DNA of 63,308 bases, counting the filler, from Choristocarpus tenellus KU-1152 (taxonomy: Eukaryota; Protista; Phaeophyceae): the NCBI GenBank assembly GCA_964200185.2. It is 10 parts of 10 records of this genome, joined end to end, with 100 filler letters (N's around TTAATTAATTAA, not from the genome) between each part and the next. Parts side by side here need not be neighbours in the genome. Positions count along the whole stretch, not along the records: positions 52,503 to 58,382 come from CAXNAD020009528.1; positions 58,483 to 63,308 come from CAXNAD020012918.1; 8 more parts are not named here. The stretch is one strand, 5' to 3'. The notes under the pieces were generated by a model that searched no databases, was not told the DNA's origin, and saw only the letters and a list, made by a program, of their open reading frames with translations. Positions 52,571 through 63,308 of this stretch are shown piece after piece. A program made the position numbers and the translations under genes. Within the stretch, counting starts at the first letter, position 1, and each line of letters opens with the position of its first letter.

Positions 52571-55500
52571 CGGATATATCACGCTCAGCAGGATGTCCAC
52601 ACCAGCAAATATCCTCCTCCCAATACTCCTAGTGGCAAAGCCAGACAGGACTGAGAAGGATGCCGCCCCAACTAGAGATATCTGACACACACAAAATAAA
52701 GTATATTAATCACATGAATATAATTAACACACACAAAATAAATTATCTTCATTGCATCAATATACAATATAATTATATTAAAACATCACTATTTCTGACG
52801 GTTGAAGACAATTTTTCACTGGCAGCAGAAGCGTTCGAGATGAAGAGTCTTGGAATGATGAGGATACCAGATCATTGTCTGAATCGATAGTGCTGATTTA
52901 TTTTATTTTCTACTTCTTTGCGGTGAACACAGAACACAATGTGATCTGTGTTCACAACGTGATCAACAAGACACTACACCATTCTTTTTTTTTTTCAAAA
53001 GAAGATAAAAGATTCAGTACTGTTCAACTACCAACTTGGTTGCGGCAAAGGTGTGGTTTACCTTAATCTTTGTCGAGTCAAATGTTAAAACCTTACCAGT
53101 CAAACCACACAGTACGCCTTCACTGTACAACCTACCACATAGTGATAATAATAATCATAATAATAATATGATTATATACACATAACACCAGTCTTTGGGG
53201 GTACTAGATACACACAAACCGGGTAATACCTCATAAACATAATCACTATTACTATATACACACAACAACCCTATTAACATTATTTTACACATATAACAGA
53301 AATATTGCTATCACACACACAAATGCACAACCAGTACAACCATCACATACACACAACACCATTACAATTATGTACATGCAACACCATCAATGCTATTATA
53401 TATATATTATTATTATATATATATGCTGTCCGTTATCAAAATATCACTGGTATTACTGTAAGCATTAAAGATCCCTTACTTCCGACATGTCCTCGTCCCT
53501 ATTGCTGTCATTGCCACTGAACAGGTGAGTCCACTTGGAATAGGCCTCCGGCAACGACCACATGAAGTAGTACAAACAGCTGTTGTTGATATTGAGTTGT
53601 TGATATTGAGTCATGTAGGAGGCAATATATTGCAGGAGGGTTGAAAACATATTGAGAGTGGCATCAAGGAAATAAATAGGTAATACAAACGACACAAACA
53701 CAGGCTAAGATACAACCAACCAAGAATAAGGATTAGAGTTCGGGCTAGTGTTCTACTTCAAATAGGGCTTGCATTACAATTTTTAATTATGTATGCTTTT
53801 AAGCTAAGATATCAGGCCTAAATAAGTATACTACTTTTCAAATAAACACCAAAAATGAACTCTCTCATTCGTATACTGCACTCAACAATGACAAACACTG
53901 TGTACGCACTGCTTCAATTATTTTCTTACTTCAAAAACAAAGCAAAAATTATAAAACATCAGATCGTGAACATGATCCTTCCTATCCCTGCTAAATTATT
54001 TTATATATTATTCATCGATTCAATATATCGATACAATACCTTTACGGAAAAAAAGAGTCTTTCAACCCTATCCCATAAATCAAACACGGCAACGTAACTA
54101 CTCCAACACAACCTCCCAGAAAGTGCCACACTACTTACAAAAATAAAAAAGTGTGAACTGTTACAAACACGTTTCATATTTTTTATTTTTCAAAGTGTAA
54201 AAAAAGTAGAGACAGTTAATCTAAGAGCACAACTCACCCATCTGAAAAAAAACAAAAAATAAGAGTTAACCACATTTATTTTTCTTTTACAAAACAATTT
54301 TAGGATTAAAAAAAAATGGACACATTTCAAAAACCTATTTATGACGTATCATTGGTTCCCAAGGGCAACAGATCGCAATACAGTTACATCAATAAAAAAC
54401 AATTAAGCACTCACGATCGTGTTCATAGACACAACAAAATGACCAGATCCGCTAACACAAACGCCTACTACGTAGGACATATTACAAAACGTTCAACCAT
54501 ACAAACACCTACATATATATAAATAATACATACATATATATACACATACAGTCATACATACAAAAACTTACATATGTACATGCACACACACACATAAACA
54601 AATAAAAGCCAAGATACGCCAATAGAATGGCACACACTCATATCAACACTAAAAAAATACAAAATAAACAATTAGGACAAAGTATATTACTCACACAGCA
54701 AAACAAGCAGCCTTTCCTCGTGAAGAACCATCCCCAGGACACACATCCTTTGCTTCATTCTCAACTAACACCACATCGCCCGACTTCACCTCTTCTCCTG
54801 AGGCCACCTCTTCCAGCACAGCGCTGTTGTTATCACGTCATATCATATCCATTAAAAAAAAGACGTGCAAATAGATGGATGGCACCAAATAAATACATGT
54901 CGTGTATCCGTATCCATCAAAAAACGTGCAAATAGATGGCGATAAATAAATACAAGCCATATCCACATCCATCAAATCCCAGCACAAAAAAAAAAAATGG
55001 ACACGGACATAAATGTAGACACAGGGTAAGGTAATCCCGTTGATATATCTAGATATGTATGGATATATCTTTGACAAATTGACGGGTTTATGTGCAAAGA
55101 TTAGTAAAAGTAGTAACAGTAGTAACATCGCAATAGAACATATTTTTTAAAACAAATCAGAACAATTATATAAATTTGTGTGTGTTGAATCAACTCCTGA
55201 AAGGAGTTACTGCAATGGCAGGTTGAGAGGGCTGGGAGGAAGGAGAGATGCCAATAGGACTTCTGTATCCATTTTTGATAACAAAGGGAGAGGTCAGGGT
55301 AGACACCACCAATTCTTGAAGGGTGATACAAACACAAAAAATTCACTCTGTTCGCAGAGTTTTCTTTTTAATTGAACATGCACAAGCAAAAATACCTCCA
55401 AGAGGATATAAACCTCCAAGAAAAAAAAAGTTTTAAACCAGGATATAAACATTCCAACAGATTTTTCGCCACACTAGACACACTAGTGAAAACGAATACA

Positions 55501-56921
55501 GCCCTAACCCTAACCCTAACCGGATCACTACAGAGGTGGTACATGAATCACTTCATACAATTATACAATCATAAAAATAATGATAATAATTAGTAGTAGT
55601 AGTAGTAGTATTCACTCCCTCCTCTACCCATAGTCTATAGTTGCTGCTTTATTAGGCATGCCACTGGTACTCACCCTGCATCATCATGCTTCATCCTTCA
55701 ATTTTCACATTGTCAGCAAAATCCTCACCAAACAAGTTCTCAGTTCATTATTTTGGCATCCATTATTGATGTCCACTATTGATACACATCATTGATATAC
55801 ATCACTGACAGACATATTGATCTACACCATTGATACACATATTGATACACATCATTGACACACATTAAAGATGTACACTATTGATACACATATTGATACA
55901 CATCATTGACACACATTAAAGATACACACTATTGATACACATCATTGACACATTATTCATACACACTATTGACATACAATATAGATAAAAAGTATATTGA
56001 CTAAAATCAATACTGACAGCTAAAATAATTCACATAGCACATAAACAGTCCACACCCCTTTGCAGCCCATGTGGACTGACTCATAGAGGAAAAGATATCC
56101 ACTCATTTGTCTTCATGCCTGTCAGGGAAGGGGACGAGATTGGTTTCCACATCAAGGAAACAATCTACAGGCCAATCTACAGGGAGTCCGGACAACACAA
56201 GGAAACAGTCCATCCCTGCTACACTACAAACATCTTGGATCAGCCAGCGTAACACAGGTAGAGGTACACACGATCATGACAGTTTGACACTGAATATTTG
56301 GTACAAGCCACCTTTATCCAAAAAATACATTAACAACAACAATCGATATTATTATCATGCTAAAAAGAACAGTAATAATAATAATAATAAATTAATGTCC
56401 TCACCAAAACAGAACATTGAGGTGCATAAATAAAGGTAATGCCCACACGCATGGGAGCATACACATTTTGTCGACTCAGTGTCAGACTATTCGTCCGTAA
56501 CACAAAACAATAACAACAATAATAACAATAATAATAATAAAAATAATAATATACAACCACTAGCACTATTCCATTACATCAACGTTGATTACAAAAAAAA
56601 TCAACCAAGAAGTACATTCTCTTACAAAAAAATTAAACAAATGTGCACCTGCTGTTCATCACCCAATTTGGCAGTACAATACCTGTACCACAGTACCAAT
56701 AACACAGAACAATAACAATATATACCTGGGCAGGATGATCTGTATCAACGATACAAAGATGGCCAGTGTATACCGGAGTAAACGCTCCGATTGAGCATGT
56801 TGGCCTGTAGTACATCCCATGGCCACCAAGGAGTAAACATTGAACATATTCTCATCCACATCATCCCTTGCCTCTTTGACCAACATCATGAACCTGTGTC
56901 AACAATAGTATTAACATTATC

Positions 56922-56963
<42 letters not shown>

Positions 56964-58030
56964 GATGACAATAACAGTAGCTCATTCACCGCATATTCAA
57001 GACTGAATCAAAACACCTACAGGTATCATCATACATCTTCCATACAACACAATGTACATACAAAACAGAAGAAGAGACCTGCACCATACCACACAAAATA
57101 TACAATGTATGCGCACAAAAGCAAGGCTTTCTTACACCACAAAGGTGCACTTTTGTTGTCCACACATTCTCTGTCATACAACCTATTACCTCCGCATTGA
57201 AATCACACACACGTGCTTCACTGATTAACAAGATTAACACTTTAGACGTGAACTGCTGAGCATGAGTATCACGTCTAAAGTGGTTGACAGTATTGCAAGG
57301 TCTAAGCAAAGGTGACGGAGAGATAAGCAAATGATTGATGAAATTCTTGATGGTGTCTACTGACTACAATTAGAACCGCCACATCATTTACAAACACCAG
57401 CAAAAGTAGTAAGAAAAAAGAGAATTTTACGACACAATAGAACAAAAAAAAAGCTTTGAAAATCATACATACACAAAATGAAACCAACTCAAGAGTGTCA
57501 CCACTACATCTACCACCCCCATTAACAAACACAAAAAGAACTGCATCTTAAAATACTAACAATAATATACCATGGCATTTAAAAAAAAATAACCCTAACC
57601 CTAACCCTGTCCCTAAAACAAACCCCTTGAAAGAAAAAGATACAAACCATAATTTTACCAACCACAAAACAAGGGGAGAGGCACAGAGGGGAAACTAACC
57701 CTCATACATCTTTTTTTAACAGTTGAACACAAGAGTTAATAAATAAAAATGACGACGCATATATTTATTTATTTTTTATTGATTCAACACACCCAAAGGA
57801 ATGAAACAAACAAAATACAGCCGTCTTCACTCTTGCCTACCGATTAATCCCTCCCAAACTCTTGACCAATGCCCCGCGGATTTCTTTGGCTTGACTCATC
57901 TGTCCAGCGTTCATGAGGACATCCTAATATCATTGATGAACAGGTACAATGAAAAGAACAGTTGTTAAAAAAACACACACACAAAGAGATTTCAGAGGGG
58001 ATGTACATGCATTGGTTGGTAAGCAGTCTT

Positions 58031-58073
<43 letters not shown>

Positions 58074-58382
58074 GCGAATACTAACACAAGGGTTAGGGTT
58101 CTGAAAAACAATCACTGAAAAAATAATATACTTTTTGAATGCTTGTCATTACACAAATTTGCCAAATTCCACATCTCGCAAAATAAACAAAATATTCTAT
58201 TCATTTATTTCAAATTCCACAACACACTTCAGAACAACTGATTAACAGACACAATATATATATATAAATATAAATAACAGAAAGTTACATAAATAAAAAA
58301 TGAACACCAACAAAATGCTATGAAAATAAAGATTATCTATTTTCACCCTGTCTCGTTTGATAAGATTTGAATAACTCTCCCC
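52571..58382 (-). CDS. Six-exon internal fragment (~209 aa) of an uncharacterised polytopic membrane protein
   Basis: Exons 58347-58382, 57841-57923, 56726-56893, 54695-54823, 53480-53579 and 52571-52681, all GT-AG with phases 0,2,2,2,0. Product: GESYSNLIKRDRDVLMNAGQ...NMFNVYSLVAMG...YTLAIFVSLIQIILPSAVL...VCPGDGSSRGKAACFAVCLYYFMWSLPE...RRIFAGVDILLSVIYP. Confidence 0.72.
55775..55975. repeat. Degenerate short-unit (~11-13 bp) attgatacac repeat in an intron
   Basis: attgatacac(a/at) and attgacacac variants repeated many times. Confidence 0.8.
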
Positions 58383-61300
58383 NNNNNNNNNNNNNNNNNN
58401 NNNNNNNNNNNNNNNNNNNNNNNNNNTTAATTAATTAANNNNNNNNNNNNNNNNNNNNNNNNNNNNNNNNNNNNNNNNNNNNAGGGTTGGACAGGTCGTC
58501 CGTAGATGGATGGTGCTAAACCATTGGTCATTGATCCAGAGTTCGAATCTCTCTTTCCAGGTACGAATATTTTAGGCTTCAAGATCCCAATGAGTCATTG
58601 GTCCGGAGTTCGAATCTCTCTTTCGAGACGTGAATTTTTCGGGTCTCAAGGTCCCAATGACATTGGTCATTGGTCCAGAGTTCAAATCTTTGGCTCGAGA
58701 TGTGAATTTTTCGGGTCTCAAGGTCTCAATGAGGAGGAACTACCTACAGTCGTAGGACCAGGGTAGAACCAGGAACAGTGACTGGAACGGTAGAAAATTT
58801 GTGTATTTTTTCATTTCTAACGGAAACATGCCTTACATGCGATAATCGACCAATAGGATGACCTGCTTGTGACAGTCAACTAATAGGATAGCCTTCCGCT
58901 TAGAAGGAGTGGAAGCAAAGTGTGTTGTGAAGAGAATCGGTAAATGAGCTAGGAGAAACAGTGAAACCTCCTCCGATTTCAAATTATAGAGAGTTGACGG
59001 GTTTTCCCGTTACATTGATTTGAAGACCTAACAACCAAACAGAGGGAGAAGAGGTCCTCCACGATGGGGTGGTCGCCAGAAGTTACCTTTGTGGACATCG
59101 TGGACATGTTGGGCAAAGAGATTTTCCCCACGACTAAGATTTTAAAGCACCGTGTCCTGGGAGGTTGCTGTTGTGAGTGTTTTGTTAACTTCAGTGCTCA
59201 AATAGCTTACCCTACCATGCACGACAGTTCTCTTGTACATCCTCACTGTTTTTCAATATATTGTGGAGGTGCTGGAAAGCAAGTAGGTTCTCTGGGTCCA
59301 ACCGATCTCATGATCATTCCGATATCCTACGTTTTTTCTTGTGGTTAGATTTTCCCCAACATGAGCTTTGGAACTATCCCAGATTTTGGGGCTATGTTTT
59401 GCGCACGACTCTTCTTGACAATGATTGTTGTCACTAGCATGTCTCACTAGACCATCCTGACAAGGAGCTTTGGTATTCTGAATTGGGCCGTGGTCGATAG
59501 ATGAAAGTTGAAGGTTGTAACAGCACACATTCAAGCAGTATCAAGTATAGTTAAATATGATATCATGACTGAGTGGAGAAGGGTTATTGTGCAGTGATAT
59601 CAATGCGTTCCGGTCAGCCTGATGTAGTCCTGTAGTATTTCGAAGAAGTTCGTTCAGATTAATACAACAAGGTACATGAGAAGGTAGGAAGGAAGGCGGG
59701 GGGGGGGGAAAGTAACTGTAGGCATCTGACTCAACTCCCTACAAAAAATAAGAAAGTAATGTCTTGCTAATACTAACCCTAAGGTGAAAATTTAATTGAA
59801 ACAGTGCAATTAAAAACGACTATACTTTTTACTACTTGCCAAGATATAATTCTACAGTCTGTGGTATGATGTATCATAGAGATTTTAACTTGTTGCAAAG
59901 AGAATACAATGCTGTTAATGATGATAAGGGGATCAAGGGCCTTAAACTGGGTTGGAATATAAATGGACATGCATTTGTGATGCCATTTGTTGGACTCCCT
60001 CACTGTTGTCATCAGTTTGTAGTATACATCAAATTGGGCCAACAGAAAGTTTGCTACGTGTAAATGAATGTCAGCCCAGAAGGTGTCGTGAAGTGCTCTT
60101 TTTAAGCTATTGATAATAATATTAATAGTAAAAGAATCAAAGGTTGGAGAAGGTGCACAAGTACTTCAATGGAGAGGGTGTTTCAAAGATTTTTTTCTGG
60201 CAGTCTTCTATGACAGTACCCTATTTCAATGTTGTAGTGATTTTTGTGTTTTGTATTATTTTGTGTTCATAGCGTGAAGGGGGAGAGTCTTTCTATGGCA
60301 GCACACTACTTCTATGTTATTGTGAGAAATTGTTGTCTGCATTTATTTATGTTCATGGCTCTTATGGAGAGAGTGTTTCTATGATGGCAGTGCCCAGTTT
60401 CTCTGTTCATGTGGTTTTGTGTCTATATTACTTGTGTTCATGGCTTTGAAAGAGGGTGAGTCCCTTATATGGCAGACCCTCTTTGACACGAGTATGAGAC
60501 TATGGTGTAGGAGGTTTTCTCTTGAAATTTGATTCAAATGCAGATTGAGTGCCGTGAGTTGTACGTGTCACCCTAGCATATCTGTCATCAGGGCAAATGT
60601 TGGTTAGGGTTATTTTTTCTCAGGTCTCCTCCTTCGCTGGATCTCCAACTCTCCCTACTGATATGCTAGGACCTGGAAGTGACATTAATTTCGTTTGTGC
60701 TGCTTTCATCATAGGAAAATGAGTGACATTTTATTTCCTTGTCCAATCGTCTGTTATTTGCTTTGAAGCAGTTATGCTTCATGCTGGGGAGGCATTTCAC
60801 AGGCGATGGGTTTATGGTGGTTTCATAAACGCCATTATGAGCTTGAAGTCCTAGATTTGATAAGTTGTACATCTTGACTATTATTTTTACTCGAGTATTT
60901 AGTAATTACGAGACAATACATATCTCGTAGATGTTTCTTCAGTCCTTTTGATATACCCCAATCAAGCAATAAAGTGAACAATCAAAGTGAGAGATCTAGC
61001 ATATTTGATGGCATTTCCATTATGGAGCTCTCTACGAGCCTTACCTTAAGCTTCAGGCTTGTGGATTGGAGCTACATCTCCCGTCATGGTAAGCTTCTAG
61101 AGCGTTTGGTAACAGATAATCTGAGAGAGAAACCAGAGTAGAAAATGAGGGTAAGGTGGGGAAGGTGGTGCTGGGGGTGGAGAGGGAGCTTTAGGGAGCT
61201 ATACCAGTAGGGCTGTTCAGGGGAAACAATAAGATGTAGGATATACCTGTCTGCCGAAGATTCTATCTGGTATTCCTTGGGATACACAAAATTTAGGGGA

Positions 61301-62252
61301 AGTTGAGAATGGAGATGAGTTGCGAGCCTCTTTGAGTCTTAGAGATGAATTGCCAGGTTCATATATGTGGCTGTGGAATGTGGGGGTGCATAGAGACGAG
61401 AGTGGTGGTAATGGTGCCAGATAAATGGATTGATGATGTGGTGTGTAGAGATGAGTGTGTGACTTATGGTGTGAGCAAAGACAAGTGAGGTGATGATGAG
61501 GTGTGCAAAGACGAGTCTGTGGGTGATTGTGGGCTCAGAGATGAGTCGGGTGGTGTGGGATACGTGCAGAGATGAGTGAGGTAGTGATGGGGTGTACAGA
61601 TATGTTTTGAGGGGTGTTTGGGTGCGCAGATGTGTGTATGTGTGTGGGTCGGTGATGGTGCACACAGAGATGATCGTGTTGGTTGTGGCGCGCACAGAGA
61701 TCGGTGGGATTCTAAGGTAGTGCACAGAGAGCGTTTGGGGGGATGACGGCATGCAAATAGAATGGGCTGACATTGGTGCATGGGGAGATGGAATGTTTGG
61801 TGTGAGTGTGTGCAGAGGTACGTTTACAAGGCATATGACATATGCAGAGGTGAGTGGGTCGGTTTGGGGCCACAAAATAATCGAGAATGGAATGGTATGC
61901 TAGTAAATAGATTCTAGCACTGAATATGTCAGAATATGTCCAAGTGTACCTATCAATTAAGCCAGGGGTAACATGGATGCTGTCGCACGATCTGTAACAG
62001 GGGGTGGGCTGCAACAACCTAATATGGATCTGGTGACAATTTAGAATTTTTTTGGTGTTCTGAAATGTTTTCCTTAAATTAAACGTCTGGTTCATATAGT
62101 ACATAGCAAACTTGATTGATGTATCTTTCAAAATCTGTAATCTTAAAGCTAATCTTGAATTGCACTGAACGAATGAATGGTAATAATCACCGAAGTGTCG
62201 AAGAGCATCCCCCTGTAGTTGAGAACTATAGTGTTGGCAGTCGCCTCTAGGA

Positions 62253-62572
62253 TGAGACCAGTCTTGATTTTTTTGAAGGGGTTGCCCCCAACAAGTTAAA
62301 CGACGATGAGCATATCAAATGAAAGCTCTGGGTCTAGGCTATCACTGCTGCAAAGGAATTCTTTCGGAAACATTTTTTGGTAAGGTTAAATCTTAGCGGA
62401 ATGTTTTCACCACAACCTTGGAAATGTTCCGGAATGAATTATCACGACTAAACATATTTTCCCGAAACAATTCCTTTGAACCAGTGATAGCTTAGATCCA
62501 GAGCGTCCATTTGATATGCTCATCGTTCTATAACTCGTTGGGCAACCCTTTCAAAAAAATCAAGATTGCTCA
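62253..62572. mobile_element. ~320-bp foldback element / long inverted repeat
   Basis: The left arm tcttgatttttttgaaggggttgccc...gatgagcatatcaaatg...ctatcactg...aaaggaatt is the imperfect reverse complement of the right arm aattcctttg...cagtgatagc...catttgatatgctcatcg...gggcaaccctttcaaaaaaatcaaga. Arms are about 120-130 bp. Confidence 0.85.
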
Positions 62573-63308
62573 CCACCAAAACGGGATGTGGGTGGACCTT
62601 GGCTTAGAGGGGGGAAGGTGGTTGCTGGGGTCACAGTCCATCAACTCTGACCACATCTGTTTATTTGGACTGGTGGATCCTGGGGAGAAACACATATTAT
62701 ATGTGAAAAGAGTAGCCAATGCGCTTGGGTGGCATTTAAATACCCACAAGATGCGTTTGGGAGTACTGGCTGAAGAAGAAGCTATATCAAAGGAGATGCT
62801 CAAGTTGTGACCAGAAGACCATGGGGCAGCTACAGTCAAAGAAATCATGGTAGTTCCAGGTAAACTAAGGAACATGATGTACACCATGCAAGCTGGGTGT
62901 TAATTTTTTCTGTGTCTGTTGTGACTCAGCGGATTACACACAAAATCGGGAAGACGGTCTAAGGGTAACATGAAAATCATGAAGATTTCCGTGGCGATCT
63001 AGCTTGATAGCAGAGGGCAGTTAAGCACAAGTTGTTGGTAACAGGGGAATCGATGTTGTGGACGTTTTACACCCAAATCCACCAGATAGCTGCAAGGCGC
63101 GATGGTCGAATGCAGGCTTCAAGACCATCAGGTGATATTGCCCGGAGTTGGGAGTGTGGTTGTGGCATGATCTGTCCAATGATCTTAGCGTGGATAAAAA
63201 AAGAAGTACGGCCTTGCCACATATCACCATTACTTTGTTGGGGTTGATAGGCATGCGTTCACAGGGGTAATGGGTCAAAGTATCTGGGGGGGGGGGGGGG
63301 GGGGCGGG

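Overview
This is eukaryotic, intron-rich genomic DNA. It most resembles a photosynthetic stramenopile such as a brown alga, but that is inference. The window is not contiguous: ten short contigs are joined by nine artificial 100-bp linkers (N44-TTAATTAATTAA-N44). Genes rebuilt by hand from GT-AG sites with consistent phases are the 3' end of a CLC-family chloride channel, an intronless HemK/PrmC methyltransferase, the 5' part of CSE1/exportin-2 head-to-head with a tetraspanin-like exon, a 6-exon fragment of an unknown polytopic membrane protein, and an 8-exon minus-strand gene (14173-18725). The last is the top finding. Its spliced product carries an 'SCM...NKALLGY...ARAxLRLL...PALYMDKIY...YSD' motif string that I recall from uncharacterised bacterial and phage proteins. 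It is invisible in the six-frame track because the motif spans splice junctions. The rest is mostly transposon debris: Copia remnants, plant-type mariner remnants, a degraded DDE (Sola-like) transposase, nine copies of a ~255-bp GAG...CTC MITE with a central hairpin, four copies of a sister poly-G MITE family, a ~320-bp foldback, and several minisatellites.
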